A stretch of DNA of 64,000 nt from an uncultured Nitrospiraceae bacterium (GCA_963846575.1 CAWJWJ010000001.1:800001-864000), one strand, 5' to 3'; counted from the first letter of the stretch, positions 1-10,573 are shown. A program made the numbers and translations. Notes: generated by a model not told the origin, from the sequence alone.

Positions 1-2
1 CT

Positions 3-2336
3 CCCTCCCCAGTCTATGTCGACGTGGTCTTGCCACGCCGGCTACACCGCCCCTTTACCTATCTGATTCCGGCTGAGCTCAAAGGCAAAGTGGTGGTCGG
101 AAAGTCTGTCATTGTGCCATTCGGTTCCCAAGATCTTCATGGCTTAGTCATTGCCGTGCATTCATTGCTACCGTACGGGGCGCCCGATCGTGGACTAAAA
201 GCGATTCGTTCGCTCGCCGCCGAGTCTTCAGGACAAGACCTGACCTCCAAACAAGTAGAGTTGAGCCGGTGGGTGGCCGAACGGTATGCCGCACCATGGG
301 GCCAATGTATCAAGCTGGTTTTCCCTCCGACCAGGCCTTGCGACCAGGCCAGGTTTCGGTATCTGCCGACGGAGCAGGGGTTGGCCTGTTTGTCCTCCCC
401 CGCAGAATTAGGCGAGGTCGAAAGGCAATTGCTGCAGCGCCTCTTGCGCCGCCCTAAAGGCATCGCGGCGACTACCCTCATGCAGGCCGACAAAGCACGT
501 GTCCTGCCGGCATTGGAGGGCTTGGTCAGCAAAGGATTGATTGTTTGCCAGAATGTCGAGGCCAATCCGCGAATCCCTCGCGCCAGCAAGGACATGCTTG
601 TGAGGGAGGGGCAAGAACGTCCCCAGCAGGGAATGTATGATTTAGCGATATCCCTACCGTCTGAGGCGGCGGCCTGGCCCGCGACTGTGAGCCAGGCGTT
701 ATCGGGTGGCTCCTATATGCCCCTGCTGCTCCAGACCGGGGTGGACACCAGACTATGGTGTCTGTTGCAGGCCGTGGAGGAGACGCAACGGCATGGCCGG
801 CGCGTGTTGATCATCACGGGTGATGTGGAGAACGCGAGCCGTTTGGCTGATGCCCTCGCGTCCGCTGGCGAGCGCCCGTTGCTGGTGCATAGTGGCTTAT
901 CCGAGAGGGACCGGGCGGCAGGCTGGACATCGATGCGGAATGCTTTGGTGAAGATCGTAGTGGGCACCCGCATGGCAGCCTTTGCGCCTATAGAGGGACT
1001 GGGTATGGTTTGGGTGGAGGGAGAAGACGACGACTCGCTGAAAGAGGAACAGGTGCCTCGCTATCATGCGCGTGAGGTGGCTCAGCGGCGCGCCCTCTGC
1101 GATCAAGCATTGCTGGTTCTGGCCTCAAGCCATCCCTCCCTGGAGACCCGGTTGGCAGTGCACAGAGGGGAGATGACATCCTGTATCTTCAGCAACCAGA
1201 CAGCCGCTCCCCGTGTGGAGGTGATTGATTTAAAGATACATGCCAGCGACTGCGGGGCGGGCATGGTGTTGTCGCCTCCCCTGTGCGATGGCCTTCGTGA
1301 AGCGATGCGGCAGAATGCTCTTGGGATTGTGTATCTGAACCGCAAAGGCTTTGCCACTGTTCTGCATTGTCGAGATTGCGGGGCGATGCCGAAGTGTGAG
1401 GCCTGTAGTGTCACGCTGACGTTTTTTAAACGCCAAAATCACATGCGGTGCCATTATTGCGGGCGAACCAAGTCCGTACCGGATCAGTGCAACCAGTGCC
1501 AGTCTCTAAAGCTAGAGCCGGTGGGATCGGGCACGGAACGAATTGAGGAGGCGGTCCGGCGAATGTTTCCGCAGGCGCGCGTTACGCGGGTGGATGGCGA
1601 TACGATCCGACGCCCGGCCGATGCGCGTGCGTTTGCCCGTCTGCTTGCAGGCGGCGACCTGGATATTGTGGTTGGCACGCAGATGTTGTTTCGGTTGGGT
1701 CTCCACGCACAGGCTGCATTTGTGGCCGTGCCGGACGCGGATGCCGGCCTCTATGTTTCTGATTTTCGATCGGCAGAGCGCATGTACCACAGCCTCATCG
1801 ATGCCGTGGCACTGGCTCGACCCGCTCATGCGGGAGGGGTCGCCATGGTACAGACCCGTTTCACGGATCACCATGCGATAGGGGCCTTGGTTCAAGGTGA
1901 TGATGCGCTCTTTGTGGAAGCGGAGCTAGTGTTTCGGCAGATGCTCCACTATCCGCCTTACGCGCATCTCGTGAGACTGGATGTGTCCGGGACGCTTGAA
2001 CCAGTGGTGGCGGAGGCAGCCAGTCGGTGGGCGGGATTGTTACGGACGGAGGTCGCCAGGCTACCGGTATCACAATCGAATCAAGGCCCGTTGTCGGTTC
2101 TTCCTCGGGGTGTGTCTGGTATAGGCGCAGAGGAGCAGCAGACCATGATTCTTGGACCTTCACCGGCGCCCCACGCCAGGGCGAGAGGTCGGCACTGTTG
2201 GCAAATCCTGTTGAAGACTCTGGCGCCTGAGACAGGAACGGAGTTGGCCATTCGAACTCTGGAGGCGATCGAGCGGGGATCGCGACGCGGCGCGCTTCGG
2301 TTCGATATCGATGTAGATCCGGTCAGTATGGGGTGA
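3..2336 (+). CDS. priA: Primosomal protein N' (PriA), 5'-partial, with degenerate helicase motifs
   Basis: Frame is open to the window edge (…YVDVVLPRRLHRPFTY…VPFG = 3' DNA-binding domain). Also has IVVGTRMA, PRYHAREVA, LNRKGFA, a four-CxxC Cys-rich region, GSGTERIEE and C-terminal IDVDP. Confidence 0.9.
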   Translation, partial: PSPVYVDVVLPRRLHRPFTYLIPAELKGKVVVGKSVIVPFGSQDLHGLVIAVHSLLPYGAPDRGLKAIRSLAAESSGQDLTSKQVELSRWVAERYAAPWGQCIKLVFPPTRPCDQARFRYLPTEQGLACLSSPAELGEVERQLLQRLLRRPKGIAATTLMQADKARVLPALEGLVSKGLIVCQNVEANPRIPRASKDMLVREGQERPQQGMYDLAISLPSEAAAWPATVSQALSGGSYMPLLLQTGVDTRLWCLLQAVEETQRHGRRVLIITGDVENASRLADALASAGERPLLVHSGLSERDRAAGWTSMRNALVKIVVGTRMAAFAPIEGLGMVWVEGEDDDSLKEEQVPRYHAREVAQRRALCDQALLVLASSHPSLETRLAVHRGEMTSCIFSNQTAAPRVEVIDLKIHASDCGAGMVLSPPLCDGLREAMRQNALGIVYLNRKGFATVLHCRDCGAMPKCEACSVTLTFFKRQNHMRCHYCGRTKSVPDQCNQCQSLKLEPVGSGTERIEEAVRRMFPQARVTRVDGDTIRRPADARAFARLLAGGDLDIVVGTQMLFRLGLHAQAAFVAVPDADAGLYVSDFRSAERMYHSLIDAVALARPAHAGGVAMVQTRFTDHHAIGALVQGDDALFVEAELVFRQMLHYPPYAHLVRLDVSGTLEPVVAEAASRWAGLLRTEVARLPVSQSNQGPLSVLPRGVSGIGAEEQQTMILGPSPAPHARARGRHCWQILLKTLAPETGTELAIRTLEAIERGSRRGALRFDIDVDPVSMG

Positions 2337-2342
2337 TGCGCA

Positions 2343-2789
2343 TCACCCGCGTGCCCGTTTTCCTTTTTTCCCTACCGTACCGGATGGCGTGCTTAAGGGA
2401 GGAGCAGGCGGCGTGTTCCGTTCCCGCACACGTTTGAACAGCCCGAAGGCAAAAGTCACCCAAAAGACCGATGAGAACAGGCCAAAGAGAACGGCGTTCA
2501 GAATCGTTCCCATCTGCTCTTCAGTAGGCTCACTTCCTCCCATGCGGATTTGAATCATGGTTACGATGGGCCACGTCATGCTCTCAATTCCAAGCGTTAA
2601 GGTCGTCCAGGCCCAGATCGCTCCGATGCCTCGCCCCTGCCACCAGAGGAAGGTGGTTGCGCCAGCGGCAAAGATAAGCGTCCAGATCGAGGACAGCTGC
2701 TCCCACATCAGGGATGCCCCGACCGCGACTACGAGCCCGCCGAGCAGCGCATGTAATTGCGGAGTCCACCACATCATGTCCGATTCCAC
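2343..2789 (-). CDS. Hypothetical membrane protein (about 4 TM segments)
   Basis: 148-aa ORF with several hydrophobic stretches and a basic tail, converging on priA. Confidence 0.7.
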   Translation of the reverse strand: MESDMMWWTPQLHALLGGLVVAVGASLMWEQLSSIWTLIFAAGATTFLWWQGRGIGAIWAWTTLTLGIESMTWPIVTMIQIRMGGSEPTEEQMGTILNAVLFGLFSSVFWVTFAFGLFKRVRERNTPPAPPLSTPSGTVGKKGKRARG

Positions 2790-2903
2790 TCTTTCCGGTG
2801 AACGGGCAAGTAAAAGGGTGTCAGTGTGCGGATCGGTCGGCAGGAAGTCAATGCGATGCTTGCGCGGAGCGATGGCTAGGCACTGATACGGGTGGCTGGG
2901 TGG

Positions 2904-3275
2904 TCAACGGGCAATCTCGGTCTGAACGGCGTCCAAGAGTTGTTGCATCTCGAACGGCTTTTGAAGCGTGCGACGAGCCCCCAGCATGCGGGCCACGTCC
3001 AGAAAGTTCAGAATCCCGATCATGTCGCTGCCGCCCGTGATGGCCATAATCCTCGCTTCCGGAAATTCTCGACGCAACGTCAAAATGCTCTCGAGGCCGT
3101 CTTGGTCGGGCATCAGGATGTCCATGATGACCAGATCTGCGGGCGATTGCCGGTACCAAGCGAGGCCTTGCTTGCCGTCAGCCGCTTCCTGGACGTGATA
3201 ACCGGCCTGCTCCAGCGTTTCTCTAATGAGGCGGCGTATCGCCTCTTCGTCGTCCACGACTAAGACCGATGGCAT
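2904..3275 (-). CDS. Single-domain response regulator (receiver)
   Basis: VLVVDDE, phospho-acceptor MDILMP, AITG, LQKPF; GAGGAG RBS upstream. Confidence 0.93.
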   Translation of the reverse strand: MPSVLVVDDEEAIRRLIRETLEQAGYHVQEAADGKQGLAWYRQSPADLVIMDILMPDQDGLESILTLRREFPEARIMAITGGSDMIGILNFLDVARMLGARRTLQKPFEMQQLLDAVQTEIAR

Positions 3276-3383
3276 AACGCTCCTCGCAGAAGTCCACTAC
3301 TGTAAGAAATCGACATGTGTGCGCGCTAGGTAATGAGATGAGAAATGTAGGTATGTGAGTAGCGTCTCACCGTCCCTTTGAAT

Positions 3384-4991
3384 TTACCGCTCCTTGTCTC
3401 GCTCGGCAAGGAATTCCTTCCGCTCCGTAACGGGGGAAATTCCTTCTCGGGCCGGTTCATTCGCAACCGCTGTTTCGGGGTTGGAAATCGCGGGTAGGTA
3501 CACCTCGATGGTGGTGCCCTGTGCCACCGTACTGGTGGCGCGGAAAGTTCCGCCATGCTCGCTCACAATATTTTGAACCTCAGAGAATCCGACGAGGGGT
3601 CCATCTCCTCCGGTGCTAGGAATCAAGAATGGATCGACATGATGCGGAAGAACATCAGAACTATGCCCCTCACCCGTATCAGAGACCGTCAGGCGCACAT
3701 AGTGACCGGGCGGGAGCGGCAGATCATGATCGTTACCGGGAGCGGCGAGGTGAATGTTGTCCAAATGCACCTCGAGAATTCCACCGGTCGTGCTCATGAC
3801 CTGTTCGGAATGCGCTAAGAGGCTGACACAAACCTGGTGAATCTGGGTTGGATCGGCGTGTATGGGTTTCGTCGCTCCAGATATCCATTCTCGAAGGGTA
3901 ATGTTGTCGGGTAACCGGCCTCTCAAAATACGGAGAGTTTCTTTCAGCAGGATGTCCAGGGAAATAGGCTGTTTTGTGTGGTTTCCCTGGCGGCCGAACA
4001 GGAGCATTTGAGTGACCAAGTCACGGGCCCGTTTTGAAGCGAGCACGACTTGTTGCAAGTGCCCGTGGGCACGGCTGTCCGGCGCGAGGAGGGGGAGAGT
4101 CAAATCTGAAAACCCCATGATGGCGGTGAGACAATTGTTGAATTCATGGGCAATGCCGCCCGCCAGTGTCGCCATGGCCGCTGTTTTTTTTGCCTGCCGT
4201 AGTTGGGCGGATGTCTGGTTCTTGGCAGTGACATCGGTGAGGACCACTTGTACCGCGGCCTGTCCGTCAAACAAGATTGGCGCGGAGATCATCTCCACGT
4301 CGACATGGGATCCGTCGGGTCGCACAAACTGTCGTTCGGTGGGAGCCGTTGGCGTGGAGGCGCTGGGATGTTCCGACGACGTCAACCCTCGGATGAATTC
4401 TTCTGAGAAACATTCGGAGAGAGGGCGTCCCTCAAGGTCATGAGCCGAGCTCATTCCGAAGAGTCGGACGCCGGCTTGGTTAAGAAACAACAGGGCTCCC
4501 TCGGCGTGAACCAGGATGGCATGAGGGGACAGGAGAATTAGGCTACGGTACCGTTCTTCGCTCGCGTGCAGGGCTTCCATGGCCAATTGTCGCGGGGTGA
4601 CATCACGGACCATACCCACGTATCCGGTCGAGGTATCTCCGTTGGTTCGCAGGGGGAAGGCTTCCGCCATGACCCAGCGGATTGAGCCGTCTGGACGTTG
4701 AAACCGGAATTCCCGTGCGAAGCTGCGATGGTCGGCGACGGCTCCTGCCCATTCGGCGCTGATGACGTCATAATCGTCCGGAGAGAGAGCATTGATCCAG
4801 GATTCACCCGCGGTGGGTGTGGCTGGAAGTCCGGCCATGCGGCGCAGTCGGTCGTTGATATATAAGGTGTGGCCTTCGGGGTCAGACAGGAAGATGCCGA
4901 TCGACGCTTCGCCCGAGAGCGTACGAATAAACGCTTCGATCGCCGATTGTCCGGCAGGGGGAAAGGCCGCTATGAGTTCCCGTGAACTCAC
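3384..4991 (-). CDS. PAS-PAS sensor histidine kinase-like protein (degenerate HATPase)
   Basis: Two PAS/PAC domains (RFQRPDGSIRWV, VRPDGSHVDVE), H-box LAGGIAHEFNN, TVSDTGEG, GTTIEVYLP. Confidence 0.88.
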   Translation of the reverse strand: MSSRELIAAFPPAGQSAIEAFIRTLSGEASIGIFLSDPEGHTLYINDRLRRMAGLPATPTAGESWINALSPDDYDVISAEWAGAVADHRSFAREFRFQRPDGSIRWVMAEAFPLRTNGDTSTGYVGMVRDVTPRQLAMEALHASEERYRSLILLSPHAILVHAEGALLFLNQAGVRLFGMSSAHDLEGRPLSECFSEEFIRGLTSSEHPSASTPTAPTERQFVRPDGSHVDVEMISAPILFDGQAAVQVVLTDVTAKNQTSAQLRQAKKTAAMATLAGGIAHEFNNCLTAIMGFSDLTLPLLAPDSRAHGHLQQVVLASKRARDLVTQMLLFGRQGNHTKQPISLDILLKETLRILRGRLPDNITLREWISGATKPIHADPTQIHQVCVSLLAHSEQVMSTTGGILEVHLDNIHLAAPGNDHDLPLPPGHYVRLTVSDTGEGHSSDVLPHHVDPFLIPSTGGDGPLVGFSEVQNIVSEHGGTFRATSTVAQGTTIEVYLPAISNPETAVANEPAREGISPVTERKEFLAERDKER

Positions 4992-6298
4992 GCGCCTGTT
5001 CTCACAGTCTTACGGCCGTGTTGATTCATCGAACAGAGTCTCCAGACTTGTCATGGCGGAACGAGACGCGAGACTGCATATTACCATTATGGCCTCAGAG
5101 GCCGGTAGAGAAGATTGACAATTTGCATGGTAATTGGGATCTGGCTGGATAGGGCCGTTTGTCTGTGAGCACCGGCCGTGGTCGTTGCGATTTGAATCGT
5201 ACGCACGCTCCCCTACAGCTTATAGGGCTGAGCGCTGTTCACTCTATGTTCACTATCCAGGGAGGAAGACGTATTCGGAATCAGATCGGTCGCCCGACAA
5301 GGTTGGACCCAGCCCGCGATGTACAACATATCAGAAAGGACCAGCTGTCAGGAGCGAGGTGTGATGACGCGCCCCCGGTGAAATTGCGCGCACCAGATGA
5401 GGATTGAGATTCGTGCCGGAGGCGGGAGTCGGCGCCCTTCACGCCTGGTGTTTGTCTCCTGCCGCACCGTCCCGTATGTCACACCTTTTGCCCTATCCTT
5501 CCTGTTATCTCGGATGGTCTGTAGTGGGTAGTTCGTTGGCCTATCGCTAGCCTATGAGGGCAATGGGCGCTTTGCTCCCCCTGATTTTCTGACCCGCTTC
5601 TGGCCCTTGTTCTCACCATCGTCTCTTCCGCGGCACGCAGTATGATGCCGGAAGCATGAAACGACGAAAACTCATCACTCTCACAAGGCGCTATGGAACC
5701 CACGAGGCCCTTTTTAAAAGGCGAAGGCACTTGCGGGAATTGGTGTGGGAAGACTTCCTGACGGTAAGACGGGTCAGCAGTAGTGTTCTGATGGGTATTG
5801 TTCAGGGGCAACGCGTGAGCCATCCGGGTGAAAGCTTGAGTCAGCATCGATGGTTACCAGCTCGCCGGACAGGCTCTTCTGCATAGAGCGTGAGGGTTGG
5901 TATCGATGGAGATGCTCGTAAAGCCTGTGCAGGCGCACTCTCCATGAGGCCGCCAGTCGAGTTTTCCTCTATTGAGACGAGAAGATTGAACTTCATGTGA
6001 GGGAAGACCCGATGGAAGTGAAGCAGAATTGTCGCGAAGTAGGGCAGCCAAGGCCGAAGTCTTTGTCAGACTGCGCGATCGAGCATTATTGGAAAGTACG
6101 AATATCATGAGAATTTCAAAAAACAATCGCGCACGTTGCTCCTGCGCAGGAATGAGGCGTTAGACGAGGCGGTGGGCACTTCTTGGCGAGGTTCGGGTCC
6201 ATTTCGCACCAATTTACCAGCTCGGAGCTCAGGGGTAAAAGGGAAAATCTTTTAGCATAGACTTCCGACTCGTAGTAGATAGTGGTAGGGCAACCTCC

Positions 6299-6336
6299 AA
6301 ACCTCACTCCAGAGACTGTTGGAGTGGGGAGTTTTT
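6299..6336 (+). terminator. Hairpin with T-tract, possible intrinsic terminator
   Basis: CTCACTCCA (6303-6311) pairs with TGGAGTGGG (6320-6328), followed by GAGTTTTT. Confidence 0.4.
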
Positions 6337-6852
6337 CATAGGGTCAATTGGTCCGAGCTGTAAAAGGAGTGGCCCCTAGGCAACATTCCAGGTATAGGGT
6401 CGCAGGCTCTCGTGGTTCGTATGTTATCCTTTGAAGGCAATGAGCTCAGCGACGCGGGTTTCGCGCCGGCATGGAACCGGCCGGACCTGAGTGAGTGACT
6501 CTTCGGGTCACAGGGAATCCAGCCTTTTCGCGACATGACCAAGGATGTTTGGATCACTGACACGAACACCAGATGACAATGGCTCATCCTGATCAACTTG
6601 TGCCGCGAAGTGCCTTATCCCGATATCACCCGAAGCTCAGGGCGATCCCCTACCGTGCAGACGTTGGGAGCAGCTAAGTTTTTAGGGGCCGACCTAGCGT
6701 TCCTGAAGCGGGTGAGTAGGAAGGACCTATTGACGGCTGTTCAGACGAAGCTGCGCAATGTATACCGCTAAGACAAGTTGGGCGTGCCCTTTCCCGGCAT
6801 CGCGTGAGGACCGCCAATCCATGGCAGTCAATGGTAGCTACGAGGACAGCGC

Positions 6853-9357
6853 ATGCTGACATTTTCCAACTTCACCCTCCCTGAGCTCACAGAAGTGCTC
6901 AGCACGCTCCGCAAAACCGGCGGTGGGGCGGGTAGCATGGAAGAGGCGGCGAACCGCATGGTCCGCTATTTCCACGAGAGCTTTATAGACGCGAGTACAG
7001 GGGAGCGATCCTGCGCCCTTGTTCGATTCTTTGTGACGCGGCCTTATGGCAATCTAGATGCTGAACTTCAATCACACGCACGAATGATGCTCGGCGAAAT
7101 AGCAGAGCTGCCTACGCATAAATGTCTTGTGCTGCTGGCGACTGCAGGGGATCAACCGGAGTGGAACGACCGACAATCTTCAAAACGTCACCAAATTTTT
7201 CCGCTTCCGAGCGAAGAAATTGTTTCAAGTCTTCCAATGATCTCCCAACTGATTACACAGCTTGGCATCGATGTGAGATGTGTGCTGCGTCCGACCCGTT
7301 CGACGCTGTTGATGGCAGAGCAGAATGCCTTCAATGTTTTTCATGTCCCCGTTGCACAGGGGAGTCCATATATCCCTGCCCAGCAAGCGTTTGTGATTCC
7401 CTACGGCATTCAATCGGTCCTTGGATTTGGCGGCCTCCTCTCGTCCGGCGAACTTTTCACGCTCATCCTTTTTAGCCGGACGGCGATTTCCCAGGAGACT
7501 GCCTTGTTATTTAAACCCTGCGCCCTCGCCGCAAAAGCGGCCCTCCTGCCGTTCGATCGGGATGATCGAGTATTTGCAGGCTCGACTCACCAAGCGGAGG
7601 CTTCGCCTGCTCCTGCAGCACCGACAGTCGATCAGTTGCAATCCGAAACCTTCGTGCTCGAACAGTTACTCGACATCTATGAGCGCACCGTTCACGAGCA
7701 GGCGTCGCGCCTGGATCGGGCCTTACTGGAAGCACAGGCTTCTACGCGTGCCAAGTCGGCTTTTCTGGCCGTCATGAGCCATGAAATCCGGACACCCATG
7801 AATGGCATTATGGGGATGACGGAGCTTCTCTTGGATACCACCCTCACTTCGGAGCAGCGCGACTATGCTCAACTGGTGCAACGGTCCAGTGAAGCTCTAC
7901 TGACGATTATCAACGACATTCTCGACTTTTCTAAATTCGAGGCGGATGGACTTACATTAGAAACCATCGATTTTGACCTCGGCACGACCATCGAAGACAC
8001 CTTAGACACCTTAGCGGAGCCGGCTCAGCGTAAAGGCTTGGAGTTGGGATGCTTGCTCCACGCGGAAGTGCCCACGGCACTTCGGGGCGATCCGGGTCGC
8101 TTGCGCCAAATCCTCATCAATCTGATTGGTAATGCCCTCAAATTTACCCATCAGGGTGAGGTGGTGGTGACCGTTACGCAACAGCAGGCAGAGGCCGAGC
8201 GAGTCCTGCTTGAGTTCGCCGTGAGCGATACGGGCATCGGGATGGCCCCCGAGACACAGGCACGCCTCTTTAAACCGTTTTCTCAAGGCGATACGTCCAC
8301 TACACGGAATTTCGGTGGCACGGGATTGGGTCTCGCCATTTGCAAGCAGTTGGTAGAGCGGATGGGAGGAAAAATCGCTTTGGAGAGTGCGCCCGGGCGC
8401 GGCAGCACGTTTCGGTTCACCCTGTGGCTGGCCAAGCAGCCCGCGCGCGATCATCTGGAGTCCCTGCCTCGCGAGTCACTCGATGGCTGCCGGATCTGCA
8501 TCGTGGACGATAACTCTACAAGCCGACGTATTCTCGAACAGTTTGGTGCGAAATGGAGGGCTCAGACCGCGAGTGCCTCGGATGGGCTGGCCGCCCTCGC
8601 TCTGATGAGGGCCGCGGCGGCCGGCGGAACTCCCTTCGATGTGGCCATTCTCGATCTGCAGATGCCTCATATGGACGGATTAGAAGTCGCTCGTGCGATC
8701 ACTTCCGATCCTGCGCTTCGTACGTGCCGCATGATCCTGCTAACGTCCATCGGGGTGCAGGGGCAGGCGGAGCAAGCCAAAGAGGCGGGAATTGCTGCGT
8801 ATCTGACGAAGCCCGTTCATCGCGCAAACCTGTACGACTGTCTCCGCAGGTTGTTAGGCAAGCCGGCTGACTGTTCGGAGAGTACAGTGCAAGGGCGGAC
8901 TTTGGAACCCTCCCAGGACGTCTTGCTCACACGCCACGTGCTCAGCGAAGTCGCGAGGGCAACGCGCTCCCGTATCCTGGTCGCAGAGGACAACATTGTG
9001 AACCAAAGGGTCGCCGTGGGACAGCTGGAGAAGCTCGGGTACCGTGTGGAGGTTGTGACGAACGGGCGAGAAGCGATCGAAGCCGTCTCTCGCGTTGAGT
9101 ACGCGCTGGTTTTTATGGATTGCCTCATGCCCGACATGGATGGCTTTGAAGCGACGGCATTGATTCGAGAGAACGAGCGCAAACGAGGCGGCTTGCGACG
9201 GCCGATCATTGCGATGACTGCGAACGCCATGCCTGAGGATCAGCATAGGTGTCTGGCGGCCGGCATGGACGACTATTTAAGTAAGCCCGTGAAGCAGCCA
9301 GATCTTATTCGAGTGCTCGATCGATGGATCCCTGACACGTCATCCTCCACGGGGTAG
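6853..9357 (+). CDS. Hybrid sensor histidine kinase with two receiver domains
   Basis: H-box FLAVMSHEIRTPMNG, N-box NLIGNALKFT, DTGIG, GGTGLGLAI; two REC domains (IVDD…LDLQMP…LTKP and VAED…MDCLMP…LSKP). Confidence 0.95.
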   Translation: MLTFSNFTLPELTEVLSTLRKTGGGAGSMEEAANRMVRYFHESFIDASTGERSCALVRFFVTRPYGNLDAELQSHARMMLGEIAELPTHKCLVLLATAGDQPEWNDRQSSKRHQIFPLPSEEIVSSLPMISQLITQLGIDVRCVLRPTRSTLLMAEQNAFNVFHVPVAQGSPYIPAQQAFVIPYGIQSVLGFGGLLSSGELFTLILFSRTAISQETALLFKPCALAAKAALLPFDRDDRVFAGSTHQAEASPAPAAPTVDQLQSETFVLEQLLDIYERTVHEQASRLDRALLEAQASTRAKSAFLAVMSHEIRTPMNGIMGMTELLLDTTLTSEQRDYAQLVQRSSEALLTIINDILDFSKFEADGLTLETIDFDLGTTIEDTLDTLAEPAQRKGLELGCLLHAEVPTALRGDPGRLRQILINLIGNALKFTHQGEVVVTVTQQQAEAERVLLEFAVSDTGIGMAPETQARLFKPFSQGDTSTTRNFGGTGLGLAICKQLVERMGGKIALESAPGRGSTFRFTLWLAKQPARDHLESLPRESLDGCRICIVDDNSTSRRILEQFGAKWRAQTASASDGLAALALMRAAAAGGTPFDVAILDLQMPHMDGLEVARAITSDPALRTCRMILLTSIGVQGQAEQAKEAGIAAYLTKPVHRANLYDCLRRLLGKPADCSESTVQGRTLEPSQDVLLTRHVLSEVARATRSRILVAEDNIVNQRVAVGQLEKLGYRVEVVTNGREAIEAVSRVEYALVFMDCLMPDMDGFEATALIRENERKRGGLRRPIIAMTANAMPEDQHRCLAAGMDDYLSKPVKQPDLIRVLDRWIPDTSSSTG

Positions 9358-10357
9358 CTGCAAAAACCAGTGGTCTGCGTGGCATGTACCTAGCGTCCTC
9401 ACAATCCTTGCACCACACCGAAGTCTAGCGCTCGAACAGTCCACACCAACTGGAAACTCCATTCACCAAGGGACGCTTTCGGCACTCCCGGCCTACCGGC
9501 GATGACGAGAAGCGACCCGGCCAATTCCCCACCCGTCCCGGCACCACCGAGGCCGATATGAGATTCTCCCGGATGAATTTGAACCGAGTGGCCATGGCAT
9601 CCTTCCCCAGTGAATTGCGTAAACCCGCTGTATACAAACTCACCCGGTGTTCTGAGCAAGCGAGGACCTTGGCTCATGTCCGGGAATAGCGGCGAGCGGG
9701 TTCGCACGATCGGTCGAGGCCGGTGGCCTCTTGCCGGGCCGCGGGTGTTTTTCTGTGGAGACAGTCACATGCCGGGACTGCCTGCCGAATTCAGACGAGC
9801 GAGGTTCTGTCGCTAGTCTCCTCCTGAGCCTGACAGCTGTTTTTTCTAAAAAATGAATGGGGAGAGAGATCTTTACCAAAGAGTGAGAGTAATGGAACGT
9901 GAGGACTTTGAAATGGCAGTGAAGTGGATAAAGTCCCGAACCGCACACGTGGCAGACAGGTCCTCACGACGGACCTCAGCCGTTCATAAAACCCGAGATA
10001 CGTTCCACATCTGATCGGGACGCTCTGCCAGTTGGAATGAAGGACGGGGACGTCAGTTACTCAAGTGGTGAGGCGTGCCAGAAAGTAGGCCAGTACTCGT
10101 TTTGCGTCATCACAGCCCAAGGGAAGTCTACCAGCATGGTCTGGGGCCAGGGCTTCCCGACGACCCTCGTTCCCTCTGTTAAGGCTGTTCATTGACGCTT
10201 GAGTCTATCGGGCTCTGAGGGCGAGACGCCGACGCGTCCGTATAATGGATGGTCGCAAACGGGGGGAAAGCTTTAGAGCGAGCCCGACTGTTCACTCCCT
10301 TGGCAATTGACTGTGGAAACGACATAATCAATTGCTCGGACAGATGGGCCTGAATTT

Positions 10358-10441
10358 TGGTGCCGAAGGCGGGACTTGAACCCGCACGGCTTGCGCCACA
10401 CGCCCCTCAAACGTGCGTGTCTGCCATTCCACCACTTCGGC
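10358..10441 (-). tRNA. tRNA-Leu(GAG)
   Basis: Reverse complement GCCGAAGTGGTGGAATGGCAGACACGCACGTTTGAGGGGCGTG…GGTTCAAGTCCCGCCTTCGGCACCA; long variable arm, encoded CCA. Confidence 0.97.
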
Positions 10442-10543
10442 AACTGAGTGCACCTTCATCGACAGCTGAAGCATGATGCGTACAACTGAGGGGTAGCGGT
10501 AATACTCCATCCGCCGTGCGCGCATCTGCTTCAAGGGAAGCGC

Positions 10544-10573
10544 ATTATAGGAGTGGTCCAAAATGCTTGTCAA
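10544..10573 (-). promoter_or_regulatory. Sigma70-type promoter for tRNA-Leu
   Basis: Minus strand TTGACA-N18-TATAAT, about 100 bp upstream of the tRNA. Confidence 0.75.

Noticed and set aside
5134..6862. Several 60-120 aa ORFs in the long spacer
   Set aside because: No recognisable motifs, convincing RBS or consistent strand; not called as genes
9425..9643. Minus-strand peptide FIRENLISASVV…NWP resembles the C-terminus of REP-associated tyrosine transposases
   Set aside because: Key Y/NP residues and the HUH motif are absent; too short and weak to call
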